DNA of 64,000 nucleotides, taken from NCBI GenBank assembly GCA_963575745.1, contig CAUYUJ010000003.1:1426001-1490000 (forward strand). The letters are read 5' to 3'. The position numbers and the translations under genes were made by a program. Each line of letters starts with the position of its first letter. Position 1 is the first letter of the stretch. Positions 1 through 13,164 of the stretch are shown one piece after another. The DNA comes from Prorocentrum cordatum. Its lineage: Eukaryota. The notes under the pieces were generated by a model. The model worked only from the letters and a program-made list of their open reading frames with translations. It did not search any database and was not told where the DNA came from.

Positions 1-2760
1 CCTAGCAGCGTTGGTGCAGGCGGCCCGTCCGACTGCGATCGCCATCAAGGTTTCGAAGCTACGCCTTTTCGGGCAGCTACTTGCGCCGGCTCCTCGCCCC
101 CTGCCGGCGCTGGTCGATGCAAATTGTCTGGCGACTAACAAGTCCTGGCTTCATACCATGCGGGGCGACCTCGTGCGGCTGAGAGGATCTCAGCCAAAAT
201 AATAAAGACTTTGAGATCCTGGGCGCAGGCATAGATCCATGGGCGGCTGAGATTCGGAAGTCGCCTGGAGGGCGGAAGCGGGCGCTTCGAGCCGCCATTC
301 GGGCCTCCGCGCCTCGCCTCCAGCGCGACGCGCAGGCTTCGAAATGGCACGACCGAGTAGCGGTAAGTTTGACAGCCAACGGGCTTCCTCATTGTCGCGA
401 CCTTCCCCCGCCTCGCCCCACTCCAAAGTGTTGTTGACATTTTTGCCCAGCTGAGTTGTCGCGGCCGCGGTCAGTGGGCGCCCGCGTTAGGAGAGAGCAC
501 GTCAAGTACACAGATCTAGCTAGATCGAAGCTGGATACAACACGGCGCGCATGCCGCACGAGGGCCTGCGCTAGCCGCGCTATTCTGGCGCGACGCATCA
601 CGGCGTGGAAGCCGAATTGCCTGGTGCATCATCTAAAAAAATTGCCACCCGTCGCCTCTGCGCGCGCGAGAGTTGGCCGCCGAGGAAAACGCCATAATCA
701 AGCGCGTAGGCGCCAAGACTTTTCGGCCTCAAGGGGCCGATCCCCTTCATTCTGAACCCCGGGGTCGCTTCCTTTGGCGGCCGTTGCGGGGCGGGCAAAC
801 TATCCTCGAGCAGCGGCCCTGAAGTTCATCAGTGATCGCGTAGAGCAAATCACAAGGTGGTCATGGCGGTCTCTTGCGCCCCGCGCTTAGGGCGAGCCTG
901 GGGTCGCCTGGTGCCCTAACCCATCTGTGAGTGGCACTTTGAGAGCCCGTCGTTTACGGGCATCTCAAGCACGCCGCCTCCCGGACGCACTTTGCGCTGA
1001 CAGGCCCTCGCTGCCAACTCGTTCTGCGGGCAGCGCAGACCTGGCGACGTCCAGGCGGCCACTGACTTGGCCAGGACTACGCGCACACTTTCCTTCGAGC
1101 TGGCAGCACTCTTCGTCGACGTCCCCAGATGCCGAGTTAGGCGGCTTCCGAAACAATACAATAATATATTTTGGCCTGCTGAGCACATTGGCGCGGGCAG
1201 GATCGCTGCTCTTTTTTTTTTTTTTTGGGGGGGGGGGGGCGATGCGTTTCGCGCAGCTCGGCGGCGCGAGGGGGGCGCCCCTTCCTTATGGAGCTGACAG
1301 GCACCCTGCGAAATTATTGGATTGTCTCCTAGGCAACGCCTGCAGGTTTCTTTCTTACGATTTGCTACAAGCCATGGTCGAGCTAATGGTTGTTATGACT
1401 GTCGATGAGGGTTGCGCTTGGATGGAGCACCCCCCCCTCTGTCTCGGGAGCCTCGCTCAGTGCCCTCTTGGAGATGCCTGCCCCTCAGAAGGTTTATGGC
1501 CGCATCGTGTCCTACGTGCACCACGTTTGATCAATGCGAATTCGGGCAAGACGGTCGTGCCCCCAGTGACCCCACGGCCATCCTAGGGATTCGCCCCCCA
1601 TACCTCCCCACCCGCACCCCTGGAGCCGGGTTTTGTTCCAACGGTGCACGGGCCCGCGAGGCCCTATGGGCTGGGGCAGCGTGCTTAAGCGGTGGCGCAC
1701 TGCGCCTAAAAAAGAGTACCTCCCCAGCTCTCTGTCACGTGCTTGCCCAAGCTATGTTAAAGGCACTTCCACCATCTTTGATCGGGCAGTCCTCGTTGTC
1801 AGGGAGCTCTGATGGAAGCAGTGGGGCAGGTGACCGTTGGCAGTTCTATGCTACATCGGCCAGCCAGCATCGCTCGCGGCGTGCCCAGCATGGGCCCAGA
1901 TTTTGCACGGGCGCTCAAGCCTCCACGGCCGTCGTCGGCAGTTGCAAGCATCAAGTCGATGCTACAGCCCGAGGGGATGGCCGTTCCAGCACGGAGGAAA
2001 GGGAGTTAGAGGACACTCACGCGGTGGCTATTGTTGCTGCTAACAGGGACGAGGGAGTTTCGGCCTCGTTCGGGTTTTGCCCACCCTCCTCCCCTGTCCC
2101 CCCTCCTCCCAGTCTTCCTCTTCTCCCCCCTGACGTTCTCGCTCGAATTGCTGCCAATAGAGCGGAGGCCCTGCGCAGGAGGCGCGAGAGGTCAGCGAGG
2201 CGCAGGCGAATTCCAGTTCAGTTTGACTGCCTTTTTGGCCCACCACCGCTTCCCCAAGCCCCAGACAGAACTTGCGCAAACTGACCTGCGTAGCTGGTCT
2301 TCCATAGCCGTCGCCAATTCGCGACGGTGTTCGACTGGGGCACTCGAGGCATTTAATCATCTACACCGCGTTTCTGATGCGTTGGCGACCCGCCCCCCCG
2401 TCGGTGGTGGCGACGGCGCCGAAGCGGCCCGCCGCACCCGCCGCAGTCCCGCCCGCCCAGAAGCGTCGACTGCGACTCCCTTCTGCACAACTTCGGCGTC
2501 AAGGCCGAGGATGAGGGGGGGGGGGAATAAGTGAAGGCTTGGATTTCTCTGCCCTGTTATTCTCGTTGACCCTGTGCGGCCTCGAACCTTGCCCAGGTTT
2601 GCTTGCCTTCTGGGGCATGGCCAACCTCCTTGGCCTTCCCTGCCTGGCTTCATGCCTTTCTGGGCCAGGGCAATTGGCCATGTCTTGATGCTTCGCCCCC
2701 CAGCAGTCTTCTCTTTGAGGAACTTTCGAGGACTTCTGGACCTGACCTGGCCTGACCAGA
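1..2760 (+). mobile_element. Decayed 3' part of a LINE with a C5-DNA-methyltransferase-like domain (related to 27296-31920)
   Basis: Translated pieces align by eye with the minus-strand element: LRLFGQLLAPAPRPLPALV...KSWLHTMRGD (11-200), ANSFCGQRRPGDVQ (~1013-1055), WMEHP, FDQCEFGQDGRAP..PTAILGIR, PALCHVLAQAML, MGPDFA, VLARIAANRAEALRRR..LFGP. Many frameshifts. Appears to end in a (GACCT)n-like tail at ~2739-2760 followed by (CCT)n. Truncated by the window start. Confidence 0.85.
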
Positions 2761-2951
2761 CCTCCTCCTCCTCCTCCTCCTCCTCCTCCTCCTCCTCCTC
2801 CTCCCCCCTCCTTGTTCCTCCGCGTCCTCCTCCTCCTCCCCCTCCTCCTCCTCCTCCTCGTTCCTCCTCCTCCTCCTCCCCGTCCTCCTCCCCCTCCTCC
2901 TCCTCCTCCTCCTCCTCCTCCACCTCCTCCACCTCCTCCTGCCCCTCCTCC
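2761..2951. repeat. (CCT)n microsatellite
   Basis: Directly visible. Confidence 0.97.
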
Positions 2952-3009
2952 TTGTTTCTTGGGGCGACCATTGGCATCGCGTGACTACCTTCCTGGCGGG
3001 GCCCGGGAG

Positions 3010-3084
3010 GTCACCGCGCAGGTCGCGGCGCTGGCGAGGTGGCGGGACCTGGCCGCGGGCAGCCCGGCCATCGCAGCGCGGCAG
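3010..3084 (+). CDS. Possible host exon (VTAQVAALARWRDLAAGSPAIAARQ); product unknown
   Basis: 75 nt, bounded by ag|G and CAG|gc, GC-rich third positions; a possible last exon follows at ~3262-3390. Confidence 0.3.
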
Positions 3085-3675
3085 GCGTCTCTGCCCCGCC
3101 CGGGCCCGAAGTGGCCCTCACGGATCGGGGCGGCCCAACGTTGAAGTCAACAGCTCCAGCCTCCGATGCGAAAGAGGGGCGACGAGGCAATCGATAGAGG
3201 GGGGAACCGAAGCAAGGGGGGCAGGGGGGGCGGGGGAAGGGAGGGGGCGGGGAGGCCGAGTACCCAGCAGCCTCTTGGGCCTTCATGGATCGAGGCGGCT
3301 CAGGATGACGTCGGCAGCCAGCCGGCTGTTGGGCTTAAGAAGGTCCACAGCAAGCAAGCCCCGATGCAACCAGGCAGCCCCCTGAATTGAAAAAAGGGGA
3401 GGAAGAGGAGGAGGAGGAGGAGGAGGAGGAGGAGGAGGAGGAGGAGGGTAATGGATAATGGAGAAGCCAGGCGCACCAGGGCGCGGGCTCGGTGAACTCA
3501 GAATTTGCGCCTCGAGATTAAGGAACGTCCAGCAGCGGGCGTTGCGGCGGCTACAAGTTAATCCACAGTTCTGCCATGGGTAGCCGTCCGCATCAATTTG
3601 TCATAGATATTATACGTACCTAGCAATATACACATAAACATATAGGCATACGTAAACGTGTGTATATCTAATGAT

Positions 3676-3736
3676 ATGCATATACACATACACACATACA
3701 TACATACATACATACATACATACATACATACATACA

Positions 3737-3770
<34 letters not shown>

Positions 3771-4134
3771 CATGCATACATACATACACACAAACCTACA
3801 TATACATACATGCATGCATGCATACATGCATGCATACATATATACATACATACATACATACATACATACATACATACATACATACATACATACATACATA
3901 CATACATACATACATAAATACATACATACATACATACGTACGTACGTACGTACGTACGTACGTACATGCATACATACATGCATGCATGCATGCATGCATG
4001 CATGCATACATACATACACACACAACCATACAAACAAACAAACAAACAAACAAACAAACAAACAAACATACATACATACATACATGCATACATACATACA
4101 TACATACATACATACATACATACATACATACATA
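3676..4134. repeat. (CATA)n / (CATG)n / (CAAA)n compound microsatellite
   Basis: Directly visible. Confidence 0.97.
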
Positions 4135-5324
4135 CGAGAGAGCGTGATCCACCGCCGCTTTACTGTGGATAATTGCCAACCTTTTCCTCCGGAACCCGGG
4201 GGTCGCCCCCCCCCCCCCTCCGAAAATCCCCCCCCCCTGCTGGACCCCCCCCCCCCCTCCCCCGGCAAAACCCCCCTCCCCTAACCCCTCCCCTCCCCCC
4301 CCCCCCCTTCCCCCTCGAAAACCGGGGGGGGTCACTACCGGTTCGAACCCCCCCCCCCCCCCTTCGAAAACCGGGGGGGGTCACTACCGGTTCGACCCCC
4401 CCCCCTTCGAAAACCGGAGGGGGGTCACTACCGGTTCGACCCCCCCCACCCCCCCACGCACCGCCAGCAAACGACTCCCGGTCCCTACCACCGTCCGCAT
4501 CACATCCCCCACTGTTGTTCCCAGCACCACTGTCCTCACCACCACTGTCCCCACTGGTTCCACCACCGTCCCTACTGTCCCCACCAGTGCCCCCACCACT
4601 GTCGCACTGTCCCCACTGTCCCCACCACTGTTCCCACCACGGTTCCACTCTCCCCACTGTCTCCACGGCCCCAACCACTGCCCGACTATCCCCACTGTCC
4701 CCACTGTCCCACTGACTCCTCCGCTGTCCCACTGAGCTGTCCCACTGTTCCCACCACTGTCCCCACTGTCCCCACCACTGTCCCCACTGTACCTCTGTCC
4801 CATTGTCCCACCGCCGTCCTCGCCACCGCCTTCACCACTGTCCCCACCACCATTGTACCCTCCACTGTCCCACTGTTTCCACCTCATTCCCACTGTCCCC
4901 ACACCACTGTCCCCACCACCACCGTCCCCACCACTGTCCACTGTCCCCCCTGTTCCCACCATTGTCCCCACCACTGTCCCCACCACTACCGTCCCCACCA
5001 CTGTCCCACTGTCCCACTGTCCCCACCACTGTCCCGCTGTCTCCTCACCACTGTCCCCACCAACACCGTCCCCACCACTGTCCGCACCCCCACTCGGTTT
5101 TCGAGGGGGGGGGGGTTCGAACCGGTAGTGACCACCCCCGGTTTTCGAGGGGGGGGGGGTTCGAACCGGTAGTGACCCCCCCCCCTTTTCATGCTGAACT
5201 GGGGGGGGGGGTTCGAACCGGTAGTGACCCCCTCCGGCTTTCCGGAGGGGGGGGGGGGAGGGGTTCGAACCGGTAGTGAACCCCCCTCGGTTTTCCGCCA
5301 GCAGCGGTAGAACACGCTCTTTCA
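4135..5324. mobile_element. Foldback/MITE-like non-autonomous DNA element in a (TACA)n tract
   Basis: Left end cgagagagcgtgatccaccgccgct vs reverse complement of right end tgaaagagcgtgttctaccgctgct, TA on both sides; subterminal arrays of aaaaccgggg..tcactaccggttcgaacccc inverted between 4317-4450 and 5095-5296; central (ccactgtcc)n minisatellite. Confidence 0.85.
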
Positions 5325-5640
5325 TACATACATACATACATACATACATACATACATACATACATACATACATACATACATTCATACATACATACATACA
5401 TACATACATACAGACAGACAGACAGACAGACAGACATACCTACATACACACATACATACACACATACATACATACATACATACATACATACATACATACA
5501 TACATACATACATACATACATACATACATACATACATACATTACATTACATTACATTACATTACATTACATTACATTACATTACATTACATTACATTACA
5601 TTACATTACATTACATTACATTACATTACATTACATTACA

Positions 5641-5705
<65 letters not shown>
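5325..5705. repeat. (CATA)n, (CAGA)n, (CATTA)n, (TA)n, (GA)n compound microsatellite
   Basis: Directly visible. Confidence 0.97.
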
Positions 5706-6658
5706 TAACAAAAAAAAACGAAAAAGACAAAAACCAAAAAAAAAACTCTTCCTATATTTTTACAAAAGCCTGGGCGGGGGGAAAGACCGCCCCCCCGGCC
5801 CAAAAACCGGACTCCTGGGATCTGGGACTTTGGGACCCTTCGGACGGGCCTCGGAGCGGCCCCCAGGGCCTCGCAGGGCGTTTTGCCAAGCCTTCGCAGC
5901 ACACCTAGGGCGATCAGGGGGGTCATCGGAGACGCCCCAGAGAACCCCAAGACAGCACAAGAGCGCTCCAAGAAGCCGTCATACCCCGAAAGATCGCTCC
6001 AAAACGTACCAAGAGGCCTCCAAAAGCACCCCCAAGAAGGCCCCAAGAGGGAAACATAATTGATTTAATTTAGGTTTTTTGTGAATTTGGGGTTCTCCTC
6101 TTTTCGGCTTCCCGACGCTTCAAGACAGCGGCCTTCTGGGCGTCCGAAATCGCCTGGGAGGCTCCAAAATCGCCCCACAACCATCAGAAAGTGTTTCCAG
6201 GCAGTCCAAGAGAACCCCAAAACGGCTCAACAGGGGTCCAACATTGCCCTAAGAGAGCCCCTTATGGCGTCCCAAGATGGCCCCAAGACACCCTCCGAAG
6301 CATTCCAAATCATGACCGGGGCGTTCAGGGAGACCGCGGTTAGAGGCAGGTTGGCCTTAGGAAGCCCCAGAGGCCCCCAGAACACGCCCAGGAGGCCTCC
6401 AAAGGCTTTAAGAAAGCCTGAGAACTTTGGTGAGGCCCCCAGAGGCTCTCCAAGGAGGAGCCGCCGCAAAAAGAGCTGAGGAGGATGAGGAGATTGCCCA
6501 GGGTATGGCAAGAATGAGGAACAGCAAGCATGGAAGAAGGAGAACGAACAACAATATTAGAATGGCGATGCCAGAAAAGGCAGTTCCGCCTGCATGCCAA
6601 TCTTCAAGGACCAAGGTGACTGGCGCAAAGCGCCACTGCAGTCTTGTATGTCTCTATG

Positions 6659-6666
<8 letters not shown>

Positions 6667-6702
<36 letters not shown>

Positions 6703-6790
6703 CATATAAAAAATCATATGTGTATATATATACATACATACATACATACATACATACATACATACATACATACATACATACATACATACA

Positions 6791-6837
<47 letters not shown>

Positions 6838-6845
6838 TAATACAC

Positions 6846-6882
<37 letters not shown>
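6667..6882. repeat. (TA)n/(CATA)n microsatellite
   Basis: Directly visible. Confidence 0.95.
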
Positions 6883-7274
6883 TTCCTCTTCCCTACCAAA
6901 TGATAAGGGACCCCCCCCCCAGATGGGCGTCACCTAATTCGCCCCCCCCCTGACGGGCTCAAGAGAACCCCGAGAATGCTTGAAATTACCGCCAAGCTGG
7001 TCCGACCGGCCCCAGGAGCCTTCCAAGACGCCCACAGATCGCTCTAAAATGCCCCAGTTGGTCACAAGACGGCCAAAGAGGCCTCCAAGACGCCCCACAC
7101 GGCCCCAAGACGGCCCAAGACGGTGCAAGAGACTCCCAAGACAGCCCCAGATACCCTCAAGACGGCTCCAAGAAAGGCTCCACGACAGGATCCGACCCGA
7201 CATTTCGGCCCCTCGGCTCCAGGATACCCCCCAGAAGGCTCGAACACAGCCCCAGGATACCCCCCAAAAGGCTC

Positions 7275-8040
7275 GAACAAGCAGCAGTCAACGTGAACCA
7301 AAAATTGGTTCGGCCCGTTGGGTGGCTCCGCGCCCCGGGACATGCTCTTTCCTTACGAAAACCCACACCCACGACAGCCCCTCGACGCCGGCGTGCCCTG
7401 AGGGCGCCAAACGCCCCCCATCCGGGCCCGAAAAAGAACAAGCAGCCGTCAACGTGAACCAAAAATTGGTTCGGCCCGTCGGGTGGCTCCGCGCCCCGGG
7501 ACATGCTCTTTCCTCACGAAAACCCACACCCACGACAGCCCCTCGACGCCGGCCGGCGTGCCCTGAGGGCGCCAGACGCCCCCATCCGGGCCAAAAATAA
7601 AACAAGCAGCCGTCAACGTGAACCAAAAAGTTGTTCGGCCCGTCGGGTGGCTCCGCGCCCCGGGACATGCTCTTTCTTTACGAAAACCCACACCCACGAC
7701 AGCCCCTCGACGCCAGCGTGCCCGGAGGGCGCCAAACGCCCCCCATCCCGAGCACGAAAAAGAAAAAGCAACCGTCAGCGTGAACCAAAAATTGGTTCGG
7801 TCCGTCGGGTGGCTCTGCGTCCGCGCACATGCTCATTCCTTACGAAAACAGACACACACACACACACACAAACAAACACACATTCGCACGCACACGACGG
7901 CCCCTCGGCGCCAGCGTGCCCGCAGAGCGCCAGACGATCCCATGCGGGGGCCCGAAGAAAAAACAGCCGTCGACGTGAACCACAACTTGGTTCGGCCCGT
8001 CGGGTGGTTCTTCACTTCCAAACATGTTCACTCCTTTCCA
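7275..8040. repeat. ~162-bp tandem minisatellite, about 5 copies
   Basis: gtcaacgtgaaccaaaaattggttcggcccgt.gggtggctccgcgccccgggacatgctc recurs at ~7287, 7448, 7612, 7774, 7968. Confidence 0.93.
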
Positions 8041-9099
8041 ACAAAAAAAACACGCACCCCTGAACCGTCGAGCTCGCGACAAACATCAAGATTACACCCA
8101 TATGGCAATGAAAGTTCACGAGCTCGCCGCATTCTGTGACCACATAGCGCGGCGAGGTACCAGACCCGCGCTCCTGCGCCAAGGACGAGGATGAGGGGCA
8201 AGATGTTGTGGCGAAGCGAAACGAGCCAACAATATCTTGTATGTATGTATGTATTTATGTATGTATATATATATATATAAAGAAACGCGAGGCTGCGCGA
8301 CCCGCGCGCGCGTGGGTGAATCGACCTTGGCCAGTTTTAACGAGGATCCCTCGCCCCTTGCGCGCGATGCCCGACCACTGCGCGACGAGGTGGCGCGGGA
8401 CTTCCGTCGCCGCCTTGCCGCAGAGACGACAGAAATACAAGCAGCATTTCTGCGCGCTGTGAGGCTTGCGCGGTTCGCGCAGCTCGCGTCCGCCGAGCGC
8501 GACGGCACCCTGCAGCGGTGCCACCTGATCGCTGGCGGTGGGTTCGGGCTGCTTCAAGGGGCAGGGCGCGCTGCATGCCTGTCGCGCCGCGAGTTTGTCA
8601 TAACAGCGCCCGCAGCGCGAGCATCTGCATTTCTGCTCGCGGAGCCCGAAGCCGCGAGCACTGGACTGGAAAGCCAGCCGCAACTTGGAAAGTCGAGTCG
8701 GGCGAAAAGGGGGGATAGCAAAGGGGGGGGTGAGAATCAACTCACGTAGTTAATTTTCCCGGGGCCTCCTGGCGCCAGAAGGAGCCATGTCTCGAGGAAT
8801 GGGCCCGTTTGCGAGGCCGAAACCAGCTGCACGCCGCAAATTTCGCACCCCACCTTTTTCCAATCCCCCCCTTTTGCCGCCCCGAAAAAGATGCGGACCG
8901 CGGATCGCGCGGCTGCGATGGCCTCTCTAACGCGCCAGCTAGAATTTGCGGCGCCCTTCGGCGGACGCGAGCGCAGGTGGGCGCCCATCGACTGAGCGCA
9001 GGGGGCGCCCATCGACTGAGCGTCGCGCAGGTCCGCGGGGGGCGCCCATCGACTGAGCGCAGCCCCCCAAGCCCAGCGGCGCGCGCGTTGCCTAGCGCG

Positions 9100-9420
9100 C
9101 GGAAGCGCCGGGCAGGATCGGCAGTCATGACTGGGAGGTCCTCGCCGCGCGAGGGCGCCCAGATCACCGCGAGCACGCTGCTGCCGCGAGAGCGCATCGC
9201 CTTCGCGATGCTCTGCCACTCGCATTGGCTTGCGCCCCCGCCGGGGCCGCAGGTGTCGCCTCGAAATCCACCCGTCGCGCAGCGGCGGGCGATCTGCGAT
9301 GAAGCACCGGTCGCCAGGCCAGCTCTCGAGAGCCAGTGAGAAAGCGAGCAGCTCAGCGCGAGCCACAATTTGACAAGGGCATTCGAGGCCCGACAGCATG
9401 CCTCCCCAGGAGGCCCACTC
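9100..9420 (-). pseudogene. RNase H remnant of a decayed LINE
   Basis: GGMLSGLECPCQIVARAELLAFSLALESWPGDRCFIADR..RDGW resembles the RNase HI QTxxRAELxA...xxD segment; compare QSVNRGELWA...ADSAYV at ~62230-62330. Confidence 0.6.
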
Positions 9421-9679
9421 TCCAAGAGCCCGCTGTAAATTTATGGGAGGCGCATACTGCGATCGGCAATTGTAACAGGTCCGATCCAGCACCGCGCTCC
9501 GCTTGGGAGGTAGCGCGCCACGTGCGCGGGCCATGCGGGGTTCGGTTTCTGGATCCAGTTCCGCGCACGGTGGTGGCCGAACGCTAAGCCCCATTTCGCG
9601 CGTATACAGGCTGCGTTGATTTTCGCTATATATGCATGATTTACGGGAACAATCCGTGATTTGATTGTCGGGGAAGTAG

Positions 9680-9798
9680 ACTGACTGACTGACTGACTGA
9701 CTGACTGACTGACTGACTGACTGACTGAACTGAACTGAACTGAACTGAACTGAACTGAACTGAACTGAACTGAACTGAACTGAACTGAACTGAACTGA
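9680..9798. repeat. (GACT)n then (GAACT)n microsatellite
   Basis: Directly visible. Confidence 0.97.
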
Positions 9799-9849
9799 CA
9801 ACAGAAACACCAAAGCCGTTAGATGGCAAATTAATCTCCGGGTGGCCAG

Positions 9850-10200
9850 GATACTTCGCCGGCAGTTTAAATTAAAGGCAGGGGGGTGAAGATAATTCGC
9901 CGGCAGGTTTGAGCGAGGGACGCAAGGGCATTTCGCTCGCAGTTTCAAGGTCAGGGGGGTGAGGAAATGTCGCTGGCAGTTTTATTCGAAGGGCATGCGG
10001 ATATTTCGCTGGCAGTTTCAAGCGAGGGGCGCGGGGATATTTCGCTGGCAGCTTGAAGTCAGGGTGGCGGAGATACTTCGGTGGCAGCTTCAAGCCATTG
10101 GGTCAGGGTACTTCGCTGGCAATTTGAAGCGAGGGGCGCGCGGATATTGCACCGGCATTTTCGAAGCCGCGGGCTGAGGAACTTTAGCTTGCAGTTTGGA
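9850..10200. repeat. Degenerate ~36-bp minisatellite, about 10 units
   Basis: Core ataYttcgcYggcagttt followed by G-rich segments alternating between gcgaggggcgc and gtcagggg types. Confidence 0.85.
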
Positions 10201-11200
10201 ATCAGGCGCCGCTCTTCGCCGATGATCTCGCGCCCGTCTCTCATCGCGGCGTTGGGGCGCGGCGCGACGATGTCACCCAGGTCCACGACGCCCTTTTTCG
10301 CTGACTGCAAGCTCGCGGCGACCCCCAGGGCAAGCTCAGCCTTGTCCATGGCCTTCTTCGCATTCGCTCTAGAACCTCGCGCAGCGACTGCTGCGCGACT
10401 GCGTCCACGTCGGTTGGAAGACCGTCGTCGCACTGCGCCGCCGTCTACTGGCTATAGCCACCCACTGGCGCGGGGGGGGCGAGCGAGGGCCCAAGGCTCA
10501 AGTCGATCACCTCTGGAGCTGCCGTCGGCGCTGGCCTCGGAGCACGGGGCGCCGACTCCGTCGGAGCCTGGGCCCCGGCGTCGCCCGCGTCGGCGTCTAC
10601 CGCCGCCGCCCCCGCGGGAATCGCCGCCGCCGCCGCCGCGGGTTCTTCCCGCCAAGCACCCGCCGCCGGGGCCGGGGCCGTCGCCCCCCGCCGCCGCTCG
10701 AGCCCCCGCAAGTCAACCTGCTAGGCTCCCGCGCCAATCCTATTCAAGACTGGCTGCGACATGGCACCCGCCGCCATCGGAGCTTCGGACCGCTTCCCCA
10801 CTGGAGCCGGAGCCTCTGCCGCCTCCCGAACCGGCGCCGCCGACTCCGCCGCCGCCACCGCCGGAGCGGTGGCCGCCGCCCGCTCTGCCAACGCCGCCGC
10901 CGCCGTCTCACGCCCAGGGATCGTTTCTTCGCCCTCGGCCGACGATGCCGCGTCAGCCTGCGACTCGCGAAGGGTGAGCGTCGAGGCCGCCCGCATCTGC
11001 TCCATCTGCCTTTGCATAAATGCGATCTGCTGGGCGAGCTCGATATTCTTGCTCTGGAAGTCTGCGACACGGGGGCTGTCGTCGCTGCTGGGCGTCCTGG
11101 GACCCAGGTCGGACCCAGGTCGAAAGCTCTGCCCAGGGGCGTGCGACGAGGACTTCTGGGTACGTCTGTCCCAGAAGAATCCTTCATAGACCACCTGAAG
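10200..11200 (-). pseudogene. Decayed gag/ORF1-like sequence of a retroelement
   Basis: Coiled-coil and Ala-rich translation (KNIELAQQIAFMQRQMEQMRAA...; ANAKKAMDKAELALGVAASLQ) with stops/frameshifts, similar in composition to ORF1 at 56516; same strand as and upstream of the RNase H remnant. Confidence 0.4.
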
Positions 11201-11500
11201 CCTGAATGTTGAAAAAACGGTGAGGATAAAGCTAAACGACGAACGCAACGACTACGGCGACGACCGCGGAGACGACTACGGAGACGACGAATGCGACGCC
11301 GCAAAAAGAACACGACGACGTCGATAACGGCGATGCCGTTTTCGACGACGACGCAGTGAGGACGCCGGGACTGAGGACGACGGTTGTGGGAGCCACGATT
11401 GCAATGGCGGCGGCGGCGTCGGCGGCGGCGTCTCACTTTGTATGTACTATTGTATATATAGATATCCCTCTCTCATTCCCTCTGTATAGTGTATCGGTTG

Positions 11501-11532
<32 letters not shown>

Positions 11533-11733
11533 GGAGGTGTTGTTGCTGGTGTTGTTGTTGCGATTGTTGTAGCTGCTGCCGCTGTGGCTGATGTTGATGT
11601 TGTTGTTGTTGATGGTGATGGTGGTGTTGTGGTGGTTATTTTGTTCCCCCACTCTCTATGTATCTCTCTTCATGCATCTGTCTGTAGACAAATAAGATTG
11701 TGTGTGGATGTCATCTGTTATCATGTCTCTTTC

Positions 11734-11765
11734 CATCTCTCTCTCTCTCTCTCTCGCTTTTTTTT

Positions 11766-11796
<31 letters not shown>

Positions 11797-11881
11797 TTTG
11801 TCTCTCTCTCTCTGTTTTTTGTCTCTCGCTCTCTCTCTCTCTCTCTCTATCACTTACTCTCTCTCTCTCTCGTTCTCTCTC

Positions 11882-11914
<33 letters not shown>

Positions 11915-12050
11915 ATCGCCGTCTCTCTCTCTCTCTCTCTCTCTGTTGATTTTCCTCTCTCTCGCTCTCTTTGTGTCCCCCGATCTATTTACGTGCACAC
12001 ACACACACACGTAGATGAACATATGTAGTTCCATCTCTCTCTCTCTCTGT
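11734..12050. repeat. (CT)n microsatellite
   Basis: Directly visible. Confidence 0.95.
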
Positions 12051-12958
12051 TTCTCCTCCTCCCACTCCTCCGCTTCTTCCTCCTCTCTTTTCCCAGCCGA
12101 GCACTTTCGGCAACTGATCACATGCAGTGTAAGACCATGTGCGTGTTGAAAGCTATGTTACATTTCATCGCGCGAAACGCAGACGCGTTTCTGTATAGTG
12201 TTGCATGAGCTCGCTTGGGCAAAACCCCGACCCGCATCACACAGATGAGTTCGATCCCGATTGGCATCACACCTTGATCGGAACTTCTAGTTGCCATATG
12301 GGGCCCGATCCCGTTTCAGGATCTGACGGGCCTCTGGGCTTAGATTAGTTAGAACAATATTTACATCCCGCCCTCCGTGGAGGCCAAAGACCGCCCAGGA
12401 CCCAACCACCACCCTGGCCAGGGGCTCAAGATTTTAGCCCCCCAGCGTTGAGGGAGCAGGAGGGAGCGAAAAGGGGGAGCGATAGGAACGCTCCAGGGAG
12501 AGCGACGCAAATGCTCCGAGCTCATCGAACATTGGAGAACTGGCGGCCAACGTCCTGCCTGATCATATCATCCTGCCTCCTCCTGCTCCACTCTCGCACA
12601 AAGTAAGGAACGACTTCTGAAGGAAACGGGTCCTGACCTGGGAGCCTTTCCACCCGGACCAACTTTCCATCCTGAGCCAGCATTCTACCGTCTGACTGTC
12701 CCAGAACGAAGCAGGAACAGTCAGCATCGATTCGGCAAATCGGACCGATTCGTAATGTGTATGATCGGACTGCATCGGCATGGAATCGACATCGAATTTG
12801 ATCGGTTGCGCCAAGATGAACAACAGCGCCGCGCAGGCATCGAGCCGCATCGGAACGCTGGAACATCGGAGTCGACTCGGATCGGACTGGCCGGAACTGA
12901 CATCGAATCGGCTAGGTCGGGTCGAAATGGACCCTGCGACTACGTCCGGGGCCCGTTT

Positions 12959-13164
12959 CCCTCAGTCGGCGGAGAGCGAAGGGGAAGTGAGAACGGGCGG
13001 CCCTTCTCAGAAGGCTCGAAAGTCCAGGGGCCTTCCGAGAAAATTTCTAAGCCTGCCCCGAAGACGCAGAAAGCTTCTCAGAAGGCGCGAGGGCTTCTGA
13101 GAAGTCCCTTCTGAGAAGGCTTCCTCCTTCTCACTTCCCCACCTGACTCGCCGCCGACTTAGGG
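12959..13164. mobile_element. MITE-like element with ~55-bp imperfect TIRs
   Basis: ccctcagtcggcggagagcgaaggggaagtgagaacgggcggcccttctcagaagg vs reverse complement of right end ccctaagtcggcggcgagtcaggtggggaagtgagaaggaggaagccttctcagaagg. Confidence 0.85.

Noticed and set aside
3558..5908. YVCM/HTYI-repeat ORFs
   Set aside because: (CATA)n microsatellite translations
8285..8700. Coding-like stretch RDEVARDFRRRLAAETTEIQAAFLRAV
   Set aside because: No family recognised and no clear start or splice structure; left uncalled
9850..10200. CRISPR-like array (conserved core plus variable segments)
   Set aside because: The variable segments are short and similar to each other, the core is degenerate, there are no cas genes and the context is eukaryotic; a minisatellite
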